DNA of 60,253 bases, filler included. It is 4 parts of 4 records of this genome, joined end to end, with 100 filler letters (N's around TTAATTAATTAA, not from the genome) between each part and the next. Parts side by side here need not be neighbours in the genome. Positions count along the whole stretch, not along the records: positions 36,719 to 60,253 come from SRR2962707_2758; 3 more parts are not named here. The stretch is one strand, 5' to 3'. Position 1 is the first letter of the stretch. Each line of letters begins with the position of its first letter. Below are positions 50,408-60,210 of this stretch, one piece after another. A program made the position numbers and the translations under genes. The notes under the pieces were generated by a model. That model did not search any database. It saw only the letters and a program-made list of their open reading frames with translations, and had not been told where the DNA came from.

Positions 50408-50465
50408 TTCCACAATATTCGAAATAGGTATTGACGCGGGTCAGCCATAGCAGCCACTTGTCGCC

Positions 50466-50789
50466 ATGAATATAGCAACAGCAGCCCGCCAACTGGATGC
50501 CATCGGCAACCCGATCCGACTGTGTATTTATCGCACGCTGGTGCGGGCCGGGGATCATGGCGCGCCGGTTGCCAAGGTTCAGGAGGCTGTTGGCCTTCCG
50601 GCATCGACACTGTCGCATCATCTGAAAAAGCTGCTTGATGTCGGCCTGATCCGGCAAGAGCGGCAGGGCAATACCCTGAACTGTCACGCGGAATATCCTG
50701 CCATGAAGACCCTGATCGGATTTTTGGTGGATGAATGTTGCGCAGACGAAAGCGCGCCCAGCGATGTCCCGCAGAGGGATGCCGGATGA
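50466..50789 (+). CDS. arsR: ArsR/SmtB regulator with C-terminal CC pair
   Basis: RL.IYRTLVRAG, PASTLSHHL, FLVDECCAD; imperfect inverted repeat at 50407-50425 upstream. Confidence 0.85.
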   Translation: MNIATAARQLDAIGNPIRLCIYRTLVRAGDHGAPVAKVQEAVGLPASTLSHHLKKLLDVGLIRQERQGNTLNCHAEYPAMKTLIGFLVDECCADESAPSDVPQRDAG

Positions 50790-51979
50790 TCGCGCCCCGG
50801 ACACGGGTGGTTTCGGCCCTTGGGATTGTGCAGATTTTTGCTTGGGGCAGCAGTTACTATCTGATCGCGCCACTGGCGGGCGCAATCGCTGCGGACACAG
50901 GATGGGGGTATGCCCTGATATCGGGGGGTGTGTCTGTTGCGCTTTTGATGTCGGGGCTTGCTGCGCCACGGATGGGCCGCTGGATCGGGCTGTCGGGGGG
51001 GCGGACGACGCTGTGTGCCGGTATGGCGCTGATGGCAATCGGCCTGATCCTGCTAAGCTTTGCCCACACGCCTTTGATTTACCTTTTGGCTTGGGCCGTC
51101 CTTGGGTTTGGTATGGCTGCGGGGCTTTATGATGCCGCGTTTTCTGTTCTTGGCGCGGCCTATGGGCGCGACGCGCGCGGGGCGATCACGCAACTGACCC
51201 TTTGGGGTGGCTTTGCGAGCACCCTTTGCTGGCCGCTTTCTGCCTGGCTGGTCGACAGTATAGGATGGCGGGATACCTGTCTGGCCTATGCCGCGGTGCA
51301 CATTTTCGGCACGCTGCCGCTTTGCTGGTGGGGTTTGCCGCATGCGAGGGGCGCAAATGTGTCTGGGCAGACGGTACAAACGGACGGGGTGCAGAAGGCC
51401 CCGGTTCGTATGCGCGATATGAAATTCCTTTGCATCGTCATTGCGGGGATCACGCTGACCCTTTTGGTGACGATCTGGTCCATTCACATGGTCACGATCC
51501 TGACGGCGGGTGGTTATACAGCCGCTGCGGCGATTGCGGTTGGCACCCTGATCGGGCCGTCGCAGGTGGGCGCACGTGTTATCGAGATGATGGGAGGCGG
51601 TCGCCACCATCCGATCTGGACCATGCTTGCGGCGACCCTGCTGGTGTTCCTTGGGTTCTTGGGGTTGAATCTTGGCCTGCCTGCCGCCGCCGCGCTGGTG
51701 GCCTATGGCGCAGGGAACGGGCTGTGGTCCATCGCCCGTGGCGCGCTCCCGCTCGCGCTGTTCGGGCCAGAGAGATATCCGGACATTATGGGACGCCTCG
51801 CGCGCCCAATGCTATTGGCAGGGGCCGCTGCCCCGACAATCGGGGCGTTCATGATTGATTCAATCGGCGCTGATTGGACGATGGCATGCCTTGCGGTGGT
51901 TGCTGCCTTGCCGCTGGCGATGGCACTTGTCCTATATTCCGATCTGATGCGCGCGCGACCACAGTTTGAATGCCAATAG
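50786..51979 (+). CDS. MFS transporter, ArsK-related family
   Basis: ALGIVQIFAWGSSYY, GLYDAAF, TLWGGFASTLCWP, IGPSQVGAR; ATGA overlap with arsR. Confidence 0.8.
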   Translation: MIAPRTRVVSALGIVQIFAWGSSYYLIAPLAGAIAADTGWGYALISGGVSVALLMSGLAAPRMGRWIGLSGGRTTLCAGMALMAIGLILLSFAHTPLIYLLAWAVLGFGMAAGLYDAAFSVLGAAYGRDARGAITQLTLWGGFASTLCWPLSAWLVDSIGWRDTCLAYAAVHIFGTLPLCWWGLPHARGANVSGQTVQTDGVQKAPVRMRDMKFLCIVIAGITLTLLVTIWSIHMVTILTAGGYTAAAAIAVGTLIGPSQVGARVIEMMGGGRHHPIWTMLAATLLVFLGFLGLNLGLPAAAALVAYGAGNGLWSIARGALPLALFGPERYPDIMGRLARPMLLAGAAAPTIGAFMIDSIGADWTMACLAVVAALPLAMALVLYSDLMRARPQFECQ

Positions 51980-52128
51980 CAGTCTGCCGTTTTTTTGTCC
52001 CGCCTACGGACTGGCGGGCAAATGGGCCGTTGGAATGTAAGTGCAGGCGGGGACTGTACGCAGATCAAAAATGACCTTGCCCGACAGATGTCGCATAAGG
52101 CCTTGAAAAACATCCGAATGTTTTTCGG

Positions 52129-52178
52129 ACGTCATGAAAGCGTCAAAAAGGGCCCAAAAAGGTTCATGAAAATGCAAC
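52129..52178 (+). promoter_or_regulatory. Putative Pho boxes (PhoB)
   Basis: ACGTCAT-GAAA-GCGTCAA (11-bp period) and GGTTCAT-GAAA-ATGCAAC upstream of the SBP gene. Confidence 0.45.
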
Positions 52179-52241
52179 GCCTCGGTCATCCGGAGGGCGC
52201 AAGTCGCGCTCACTCACATACGTCCCAACCGGAGACCTTTA

Positions 52242-53813
52242 ATGCTGAACCGCTTCAAGACCGGTCTTGCCGCCCTGGCGCTGTCGCTGATTGCGACGCT
52301 GCCCGTGGCCGCGCAGGATAGCCGGCCAGATCTGACCATTGCCGTGAATAACTTGCCAGACAGCCTCGAAAGTATCGAGGAAATGGGCAACGTGGCCGTG
52401 CGCATCACCTATTCCATGTTCGACAGCCTGATCCGCCGGGATTTCCTGGCCGATGGCAGCGGCACGTCGTCCAAGCTTGTTCCCGGCCTTGCCGAAAGCT
52501 GGACCCGCATCGACGACCGCACGCTTGAGTTGAAGCTGCGCGAAGGCGTCAAGTTTCACGACGGGTCCGAAGTTACGTCGGACGACGTGGTGTTTTCGTT
52601 TAACCCCGGGCGCGGTCATGGCTATGCGCCCCTGATTGGTGCCGCCAAACGGTTCATGCTGACCATCAGCCATGTCGTTCCGGTGGACAAATACACCATC
52701 CGCATCGTGTCCAAAGAACCCGACGTTCTGCTGGAACAGCGGCTGGCCGGCTATGCCTTTTGGGTGGTCAACCACAATGCCTATATGATGATGGGCAAGG
52801 ATGCCTTTGCCCGCAACCCAGTTGGCACTGGCCCCTACAAGATGGACGAATGGGTCGATGGCGAATACATCCGCCTTGTTGCCCATGACGATTATTTCGG
52901 CGGCAAACCTACTGCCAAGTCAGTGACATTCCGCCAGGTGCCAGAAGTATCGGCGCGCATCGCGGGTCTTGTTTCGGGCGAATACGATATCTCGGTCAAC
53001 ATCCCACCGGATCAGATTCCCACGATCGAACGTTATGACGATCTCAAGGTTGAGCGTATCGTTCTGGACAACACGCATATGCTGGTCTTCTACAACACCG
53101 GCCCGCTGGAAGATAAGCGCGTGCGTCAGGCGCTGTCGCTGTCCATCGACCGTGCCCTGCTGCGCAAGGCACTGTGGGCGGATGAAAACTATACCCCCAA
53201 CGGTCACCAGCTGCCGTCCTACCAGATGTGGATCGAGGATTACCCCGAGTTTGCATTTGATCCTGAAAAGGCCAAGGCGCTGCTGAAAGAGGCGGGTTAT
53301 AACGGCGAAGAAATCGTCTACGCTTTCCCGCTGAACTATTATCTGCTGTCCACTGAGGCCGCGCAGGCCATGCAGCAGATGTGGAAAGAAGTAGGTCTGA
53401 ACGTCACCCTGCAACCGGTTGAAAACTGGAGCCAGGTGACCGATGCGGATGCGACGGTTCACATCCGCCCATGGTCCAACACCCACCGTATGCCCGATCC
53501 GCTGGGCAGCTTTGTCCCGCAGTGGGGCGCTGAAAGCGAAGTGCAGCACAACGCACAGGTAGCTGACCGCAGCTGGAATGCTCCGGCCGAGTTCAACGAA
53601 CTGCAGAACGTCATCACAACATCGACTGACTGGGATGAACGCAAGGCCGCCTATCGCGGTGCGCTGGACATCTGGATGGACGAGGCACCGGGCACGATGC
53701 TGTACAACCCGCTGGAAACCTACGCCATGCGGGCGGACATCGGATGGAAGCCTTACGGCCTCTATTACATGGACCTGCGTCCCTACAACCTGACCTTTGG
53801 CGCTGACAACTAA
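52242..53813 (+). CDS. Family 5 (Opp/Dpp) substrate-binding protein, AccA-like
   Basis: Signal peptide; FDSLIRRDF, LVPGLAESW, PVGTGPYK, NYY, WSN, WNAPAEFNEL, WKP...NLTFG recall agrocinopine-binding AccA. Confidence 0.85.
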   Translation: MLNRFKTGLAALALSLIATLPVAAQDSRPDLTIAVNNLPDSLESIEEMGNVAVRITYSMFDSLIRRDFLADGSGTSSKLVPGLAESWTRIDDRTLELKLREGVKFHDGSEVTSDDVVFSFNPGRGHGYAPLIGAAKRFMLTISHVVPVDKYTIRIVSKEPDVLLEQRLAGYAFWVVNHNAYMMMGKDAFARNPVGTGPYKMDEWVDGEYIRLVAHDDYFGGKPTAKSVTFRQVPEVSARIAGLVSGEYDISVNIPPDQIPTIERYDDLKVERIVLDNTHMLVFYNTGPLEDKRVRQALSLSIDRALLRKALWADENYTPNGHQLPSYQMWIEDYPEFAFDPEKAKALLKEAGYNGEEIVYAFPLNYYLLSTEAAQAMQQMWKEVGLNVTLQPVENWSQVTDADATVHIRPWSNTHRMPDPLGSFVPQWGAESEVQHNAQVADRSWNAPAEFNELQNVITTSTDWDERKAAYRGALDIWMDEAPGTMLYNPLETYAMRADIGWKPYGLYYMDLRPYNLTFGADN

Positions 53814-53824
53814 GCCAGAGCCCT

Positions 53825-53858
53825 TCCCGGCGCAGCCTTGGTTGCGCCGGGATCTTTT
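53825..53858 (+). terminator. Intra-operon hairpin after the SBP gene
   Basis: TCCCGGCGCAGC-CTTG-GTTGCGCCGGGA-TCTTTT. Confidence 0.7.
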
Positions 53859-53876
53859 CATTTTTGCGAGACGCTC

Positions 53877-54866
53877 ATGCTCCTTTCCGTCAACGACATC
53901 ACCGTCGCCATCGACCGGCCCCGCCGCGGCGCGGTCTTTCCCGTGCGCGGGGTGTCCCTGACGTTAGAGGCGGGCGAAACGCTTGCCCTGGTCGGTGAAT
54001 CCGGCTGCGGCAAATCGATGACCTGCCTTGCGCTTGCCGGTTTGCTGCCGCGCCGCGCCGATATATCCTCGGGCACGCTGGTGCTTGACGGGGTCGACCT
54101 TGGCGCACTTGCGCCACGCGATGCCCGCACCCTGCGCCGCCGCAAGATGGCAAGCGTGTTTCAGGACGCAACGGGTGGGCTGAACCCCGTCCGATCTATC
54201 GGGTGGCAGGTGGCCGAAGCGGTCAGGCTGCGCACCGGCGCGACCCGCCACGAGGCCCGCGCAGAGGCCATTCGCCTGCTGGGCCGCGTTGGCCTGCCTG
54301 ACCCCGAACGCCGGGCGCGTGAATTCCCCCACCAGTTTTCCGGCGGCATGAACCAGCGCGCGATGATCGCGCTGGCCATTGCCGGCAACCCGCGCGTGTT
54401 GATCGCCGATGAGGCGACGACAGCGCTGGATGTGACGCTTCAGGCGCAGATCCTTGATCTGATCGCCGATCTGCGCAGTTCTTTGGGCATGGGCGTGCTG
54501 TTTGTGACCCATGATCTGGGCCTCGTGGCGCAGCATGCCGACCGCGTTGCCGTGATGTATGCGGGCCGGGTGGTCGAACAGGCGACGACCGAGGCCCTGT
54601 TTGACAATCCGCGCCATCCCTACACGCAGGGCCTGCTGGCGGCGCTGCCCGATGCCATGGGCGACCGCGCGCGCCTTGCCTCGATAGATGGGACCGTGCC
54701 CCCGATCGATGATCTGCCTGCGGGCTGTGCCTTTGCCCCGCGCTGTCCGCGCGCTTCGGCCATCTGCCGGGACAAGGTGCCGGAAACGGTGGTTGCACTG
54801 GCCTGCCACCACCCGCACCCGCGTACCACACCCATCGCCAACGCCGCGCAAAAGGAATACTCATGA
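53877..54866 (+). CDS. OppD/DppD-type ABC ATPase
   Basis: GESGCGKS, FSGGMNQR, HPYTQGLL, GCAFAPRC. Confidence 0.93.
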   Translation: MLLSVNDITVAIDRPRRGAVFPVRGVSLTLEAGETLALVGESGCGKSMTCLALAGLLPRRADISSGTLVLDGVDLGALAPRDARTLRRRKMASVFQDATGGLNPVRSIGWQVAEAVRLRTGATRHEARAEAIRLLGRVGLPDPERRAREFPHQFSGGMNQRAMIALAIAGNPRVLIADEATTALDVTLQAQILDLIADLRSSLGMGVLFVTHDLGLVAQHADRVAVMYAGRVVEQATTEALFDNPRHPYTQGLLAALPDAMGDRARLASIDGTVPPIDDLPAGCAFAPRCPRASAICRDKVPETVVALACHHPHPRTTPIANAAQKEYS

Positions 54867-55822
54867 CCGCCTTGTTGCAGGCCACCGATCTGCGCAAATC
54901 CTATGCCAATGGCCGCGCGGGTCTGTTCCGCCCGGCACCCCGGTTCAATGCGGTCGATGGTGTCGCACTGCACATCAACCGGGGCGAGACGTTGGGCATC
55001 GTCGGGGAATCCGGCTGCGGAAAATCCACCCTGTCGCGCCTTGTTCTGGGTCTGGCCGAAACCGACGCCGGAGAGGTGTTGTTCGACGGTGCGGCCTTGC
55101 CGCGCCCTGACACGGCTGACTGGCGGCGGATGCGCCAGCGGATGCAGATGGTCTATCAGAATGCCGCAGGGGCGCTGGACCCCCGCCTGCCGGTCAGGGC
55201 CCAGGTCGAAGAAGCGTTGCGTATCCATGGCCTGCCTATTGATCGCGCAGCCAAGGCCCTGGGCGAGGTCGGGTTGGTTCCGGCCATGGCGGCGCGCTAT
55301 CCGCACGAGTTGTCCGGCGGGCAGTTGCAGCGTGTGGTGATCGCCCGCGCGCTTTCGCTCGATCCCGATCTGCTGGTGTTGGACGAACCCGTGTCGGCGC
55401 TGGATGTGTCGATTCAGGCGCAGATCGTGAACCTGATCCGCGATCTGCAGGCCGAGCGCGGTCTGGCCTATCTGTTCGTCAGCCATGATGTCGCCGTCGT
55501 GCGCCATATCGCCGACCGGATCGCCGTGATGTACCTTGGCCGCGTTGTGGAAGAAGGGCCAACAGCCGCCTTTCACAGTGGCGCGCTGCATCCCTATACC
55601 CGTGCCCTGCTGGATGCCGTGCCGGTGCCCGCCCCCGCGCGCCGTGGCCGCGCCGCGCCGCGCATCGGTGACCCGCCCAATCCTGCCGCCCCGCCACCGG
55701 GCTGTCGGTTCCACCCACGCTGCCCCTTTGCGCAGGACCGCTGCCGCAGTGAGGCGCCGGCCTTGCGCACATTCGCCACCGGCCACCACGCCGCCTGTCA
55801 CCGGATTGAGGAGATCGTCTGA
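54863..55822 (+). CDS. OppF/DppF-type ABC ATPase
   Basis: GESGCGKST, LSGGQLQR, GCRFHPRC. Confidence 0.93.
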   Translation: MTALLQATDLRKSYANGRAGLFRPAPRFNAVDGVALHINRGETLGIVGESGCGKSTLSRLVLGLAETDAGEVLFDGAALPRPDTADWRRMRQRMQMVYQNAAGALDPRLPVRAQVEEALRIHGLPIDRAAKALGEVGLVPAMAARYPHELSGGQLQRVVIARALSLDPDLLVLDEPVSALDVSIQAQIVNLIRDLQAERGLAYLFVSHDVAVVRHIADRIAVMYLGRVVEEGPTAAFHSGALHPYTRALLDAVPVPAPARRGRAAPRIGDPPNPAAPPPGCRFHPRCPFAQDRCRSEAPALRTFATGHHAACHRIEEIV

Positions 55823-56754
55823 TGCGCTGGTTCGCCATCAAGAGCCTGCGGGCCATCGTCACACTGTGGCTTGTCGTTACCTTCGTGTTCTTTGTGCTGC
55901 GCCTGTCGGGCGATCCCACGATGATCCTGCTGCCCGATGACACGGACGAGGCGACGCGCAATTTTTATCGCGCGCTCTGGGGTCTGGACCGGCCGCTATG
56001 GGATCAGTACCTGCGCTATGTCGGCGGGCTGCTGCAGGGTGATTTTGGCGTGTCTTTCCGCAACAATCAGGATGCGTTCCAGTTGGTCTGGGACCGGGTT
56101 CCGAAAACGGCGCTTTTGGGGTTTAGCGCGCTTAGCATCGCGCTGGTGCTGGGCATTCCGTTTGGCATTCTGGCCGCGCTTTACCGCGACAGCTGGGTCG
56201 ACCGGCTGGTGATGAGCCTGGCCGTCTTTGGTTTTTCCATGCCGAACTTCTTTCTTGGCATTCTGCTAATCCTGATCTTTTCACTGCAACTGCGCTGGTT
56301 GCCGTCGTCGGGATCGGACAGCTGGTGGCACCTGATCATGCCGTCCTTCACGCTGGGCACCGGGTTTGCAGCCCAGATCGCGCGTTATACCCGGTCATCA
56401 ATGATCGACGTGCTGTCCAAACCCTATATGCGCACCGCGCGGTCCACCGGCGCGGGGCCCGCCCGCCGGGTGACGTCCCATGCGCTGCCCAATGCCGCCG
56501 TGCCGGTGGTGACGGTCCTGGGGTTTCAGATCGGGCAGTTGCTGGGCTGGGCGGTGGTGACCGAAACGGTCTTTGCCTGGCCCGGGATCGGGCGTCTTCT
56601 GACCGCAGCCGTCGCCACGCGCGATCTGGCCGTCGTGCAATGCATCATGATCCTGCTGGCGATCACCATGATCGCGGCCAACATGATCGTCGATTTCATC
56701 TATGGCTGGCTTGACCCGCGGGTCCGCGTCGGCGCGGGGGCACGCACAGCATGA
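55822..56754 (+). CDS. OppB-type permease
   Basis: GLDRPLWDQY, SMPNFFLG, ETVFAWPGIG. Confidence 0.93.
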   Translation: MRWFAIKSLRAIVTLWLVVTFVFFVLRLSGDPTMILLPDDTDEATRNFYRALWGLDRPLWDQYLRYVGGLLQGDFGVSFRNNQDAFQLVWDRVPKTALLGFSALSIALVLGIPFGILAALYRDSWVDRLVMSLAVFGFSMPNFFLGILLILIFSLQLRWLPSSGSDSWWHLIMPSFTLGTGFAAQIARYTRSSMIDVLSKPYMRTARSTGAGPARRVTSHALPNAAVPVVTVLGFQIGQLLGWAVVTETVFAWPGIGRLLTAAVATRDLAVVQCIMILLAITMIAANMIVDFIYGWLDPRVRVGAGARTA

Positions 56755-57638
56755 GCACGCTTGATCAGAACCTGAAACCTGCCGTCCGCTGGAAACCTTT
56801 TGCCTTTATGGCGCACATGCCTGTGGCCGTCATGCTGGCCGCTGGTTTTATGGCGGTCATGCTGTTCGTGATGTTCTTTGCACAACTGATCCAGCCCTAT
56901 GCCTTTGATCACGTGGATCTGCTGAACCGGATGACGCCGCCGCAGCCGCTGGCGGGCGCGACCTGGGTGCATCCCCTGGGCACCGACACGCTCGGACGGG
57001 ACCTGTTTTCGCGGCTTCTGGTGGCGGCGCAGACGTCAATGTTGCTGTCGCTGCTGGGCACGGTACTGGGCGCCGTCATGGGGATCACGCTGGGATTTCT
57101 GGCGGCCCACAAGGGCGGGTTCTGGGACGAGGTCATCATGGCGTTGGTCGATTTTCAGGCCGCTATGCCGTGGTTTATCGTGGCGCTCGCCATCCTCGCC
57201 TTCATGGGCAATTCCATGGTGATCTTTATCCTGATCATGGCGCTTTATGGGTGGGAGACCTACGCCCGCATCACCCGTGGCCTTGTGCTGTCGGCGCGCG
57301 AACAGGGCTATGCCCAGGCGGTGCGCGGGCTGGGGGCGACCCCGGCGTGGATCTATACCCGCCACATCCTGCCCAACATCGCGGGGCCGCTGCTGGTGCA
57401 GCTGACCATCAACTTTCCCTCGACCATCCTGTTTGAAACATCGCTGTCGTTCCTTGGTCTTGGCATCCGCCCGCCGATGACCTCGCTGGGTCAGATGCTG
57501 GGCGAAGGGCGCGACTATCTGATCAGCGCCTGGTGGCTGGCAGTGATCCCCGGCCTCGCCATTTTCCTGACCACGCTCAGCATGTCGATCCTTGGCGACT
57601 GGCTGCGCGCAAAGCTCGACCCTTCACTGGAGACCTGA
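56751..57638 (+). CDS. OppC-type permease
   Basis: HPLGTDTLGRDLFSR, RHILPN, SLSFLGLG. Confidence 0.93.
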   Translation: MSTLDQNLKPAVRWKPFAFMAHMPVAVMLAAGFMAVMLFVMFFAQLIQPYAFDHVDLLNRMTPPQPLAGATWVHPLGTDTLGRDLFSRLLVAAQTSMLLSLLGTVLGAVMGITLGFLAAHKGGFWDEVIMALVDFQAAMPWFIVALAILAFMGNSMVIFILIMALYGWETYARITRGLVLSAREQGYAQAVRGLGATPAWIYTRHILPNIAGPLLVQLTINFPSTILFETSLSFLGLGIRPPMTSLGQMLGEGRDYLISAWWLAVIPGLAIFLTTLSMSILGDWLRAKLDPSLET

Positions 57639-57641
57639 CCC

Positions 57642-58565
57642 ATGAATACCCGCATCATCGCCACCGGCTTTAACACTGGGGCCGAAAGCGATCTGTCGCA
57701 GCTCGCCCGGCGCCTTGCCCATATGCAGGATATCGGCTGCACCGGTGCCGAAATCACCGCCGTCGGCCTTGATGCCGTGGTGTCCTGCCGGCTGATCCCG
57801 GACCGCGTGGCACAGCTGCGCGACGTCATGGCCCGGCACGATTTTGCCTATTCCATGCACGCCCCCATCGCCATCAACCTGATGGACGAAGACCACGCCG
57901 ACCTGATGCAACAGGCCGCCCTTGTGTCGATGGACCTTGCCGCCGAAATCGGCGCGAAGGTCATCGTGATCCATCCCGGCCGCTGCCACCCACGGGATCA
58001 TGTGAACCGGCAGGAGTCTCTGCTGCAGTTCGAACTGGACCGGCTCGGCCCTGTTGCGGACCGAGCGGCAAGCCTGGGGGTAAAGATCGCCTATGAGAAT
58101 ATTTCGCCCAACCGCCGGGTAATCGCGGGCGAAGAGACATCGTATTCGCTTGACCCGCGCCTGTTGGCGCAGCAGTTGACGCGGCTGAACCACGACGCAG
58201 TGGTGGCCTGTCTGGATATCAGCCATGCGCAGCAAGGCGCGGTGTTCTGGGGGTTCGATATGCTTGACGCGTGCGAAGCGCTTGCCCCCCATGTAGGCCA
58301 CGTCCATTTCTCGGATTCCACCGGCCTGCCGTCGACCTTTCCCTACACCCACGAGGGCGAGCGGCATTTCTTTGGCGTCGGCGACATGCACGCGCCCAAG
58401 GGCTATGGCGTCGTCGATTTCGACGCCCTTGCCGCCCGCCTGCCCCTGCGCGAAGACACCCGCGTGGTGATCGAAATCAAACGCAATTTCCTGAACCACG
58501 CCGAGGAAGCGACGCTTGCCGCCGCCCAGACCTTTGCCGCCGCCGTGAACGGAGCGCACGCATGA
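57642..58565 (+). CDS. Xylose-isomerase-like TIM barrel (sugar phosphate isomerase/epimerase, AP endonuclease 2 fold)
   Basis: SMHAP, VIHPG, AYEN, CLDISHA, HVHFSD, DMH, VIE metal ligands. Confidence 0.82.
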   Translation: MNTRIIATGFNTGAESDLSQLARRLAHMQDIGCTGAEITAVGLDAVVSCRLIPDRVAQLRDVMARHDFAYSMHAPIAINLMDEDHADLMQQAALVSMDLAAEIGAKVIVIHPGRCHPRDHVNRQESLLQFELDRLGPVADRAASLGVKIAYENISPNRRVIAGEETSYSLDPRLLAQQLTRLNHDAVVACLDISHAQQGAVFWGFDMLDACEALAPHVGHVHFSDSTGLPSTFPYTHEGERHFFGVGDMHAPKGYGVVDFDALAARLPLREDTRVVIEIKRNFLNHAEEATLAAAQTFAAAVNGAHA

Positions 58566-59986
58566 GCACGCCCAAGATCGACAAGGTTGTCATCGTTTTG
58601 TTCGATGGTATGCGCCCCGACATGATCGACACCGCCATGCCCACCCTTGCCGCGTTTCGCGATGGCGGGTTGTGGTTTCGCAATGCGCGATCGGTCTTTC
58701 CCTCGCTCACGCGGGTCTGCACCACCAGCCTTGCCACCGGTAGCTGGCCGGGTCGGCACGGCATCGTCGGCAACGGCTTTCACCTGCCGGATGTGCTGCA
58801 AGGCACGCAGATCGATACGTCAGATTTCAGCCATCTTGAGCTGATGCGCGAAAAGCTGGGTCATGTGGTAGCGGTCGATAGTCTGGGTCAGGCACTGGCG
58901 CGCAAGGGCAAACGCATGGGCACGGTGCATGCCGGATCGCCCGGGTCGGCCTTTCTGGTCAATCACGAGGTGCGCACAAACGGACATTGGACCGTGTCTG
59001 TTCATGGCCCCGATGCCACGCAAACGCCCGATGCCGTCACCCGCGCTATCGCCAGCTGTGGTCCGTTGCCGGGCAATGATATCCCCAAGGTCGATGCGGT
59101 CGCCTATGCGGGCAAGGTTCTGCGCGCGCTGGCCCTGACCGAGGATGAGGCCGACGTTTCGCTCGTCTGGTTGCCCGAACCCGACACCAGCTTTCACTAC
59201 AGTGAGATCGGATCGGAAGGCAGCCGTGTGGCCATGGCCGCCGCCGACGCCGCCTTTGCCGATGTTCTTGACCACATCCGCAGCGGCCCGTTTGCCGAAA
59301 CCACGGCCATTGTCGCCCTGTCCGACCATGGCCAGATTTCGACGGTGGAGGAGATCGACCTTGCGGCTGACCTGAACGCCGCCGGCTTTGCCGCAGCGTC
59401 CCGTCCGACGGATGACACGACGCTGGCGATGACCAATGGTGCGGCTGGCGAATTACGCAACCTGACCACCGATCCGGGGCTGCTGCCAGCGGTTGCGGAC
59501 TGGTTGCTGGAACATCCTGCGGTTGGTGCGGTGTTCACACGCGACGCACTGCCGGGCACGCTGCCGATGGATCTGCTGAACCACACGCACGCCCACCGCC
59601 CCGATCTGTTCTACGTGATGCGCGCGGACGAAGGCGCGGATGCCTACGGTCTGCCCGGGCGGCGCGCCTTTACCGGTGGTGTACCACTTGGCGGCGGAAT
59701 GCACGGCGGGCTGAACCGGTACGAGATGTCGACGGTCATGATCTGGGATGTTCCCGGTGGGCGATGCGGGATCGAGGATGCCCCGACGGCGTTGGTCGAT
59801 GTGGCGCCAACGCTTTCGGCCATGCTTGGGCTGGATCTGGAGGCGCAGGGTCGCGTCTTGCCGCTTTGGCACCAAGAAGAGGACGAGGTCGAGCATTTGA
59901 CGACGCTGGGGCAGGGCGGCGCGGGTCCGTTCAGCCTGCATCGTAACCGTATCGGCAGCAGAACCTATATTGACCATCTGGTATGA
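58562..59986 (+). CDS. Alkaline phosphatase superfamily, NPP/type I phosphodiesterase
   Basis: FDGMRPD, PSLTRV..TSLATG.WPGRHGIVGN (Thr nucleophile), EPDTSFH, SDHG, GMHGG; no signal peptide. Confidence 0.87.
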   Translation: MSTPKIDKVVIVLFDGMRPDMIDTAMPTLAAFRDGGLWFRNARSVFPSLTRVCTTSLATGSWPGRHGIVGNGFHLPDVLQGTQIDTSDFSHLELMREKLGHVVAVDSLGQALARKGKRMGTVHAGSPGSAFLVNHEVRTNGHWTVSVHGPDATQTPDAVTRAIASCGPLPGNDIPKVDAVAYAGKVLRALALTEDEADVSLVWLPEPDTSFHYSEIGSEGSRVAMAAADAAFADVLDHIRSGPFAETTAIVALSDHGQISTVEEIDLAADLNAAGFAAASRPTDDTTLAMTNGAAGELRNLTTDPGLLPAVADWLLEHPAVGAVFTRDALPGTLPMDLLNHTHAHRPDLFYVMRADEGADAYGLPGRRAFTGGVPLGGGMHGGLNRYEMSTVMIWDVPGGRCGIEDAPTALVDVAPTLSAMLGLDLEAQGRVLPLWHQEEDEVEHLTTLGQGGAGPFSLHRNRIGSRTYIDHLV

Positions 59987-60180
59987 GGCGCATCCGGCAG
60001 CTTTGCCGATGGTGTGAATGCACTGAGTGGAACGTCACGCACTTTTGCCTCAGTTCAGCGGAATTTCTGAACTTTATCAATGGGTGCCGGCACGCAATAT
60101 CAGCCCAAGGGCCAAGAAATCCCGGCCTAAGGTGGGCGTACACCCGCGCCCGAATACAGAAACTCCACCTGGACTAACAA

Positions 60181-60210
60181 AAGGGGCGTCGGAATATACC
60201 GAGGCCCCTT
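60181..60210 (-). terminator. Probable terminator of a minus-strand gene entering from the right edge
   Basis: AAGGGGCGTCGG-AATATA-CCGAGGCCCCTT with the A-run on its left; a minus frame ends ...LCDHPGWNT* at ~60224. Confidence 0.45.
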
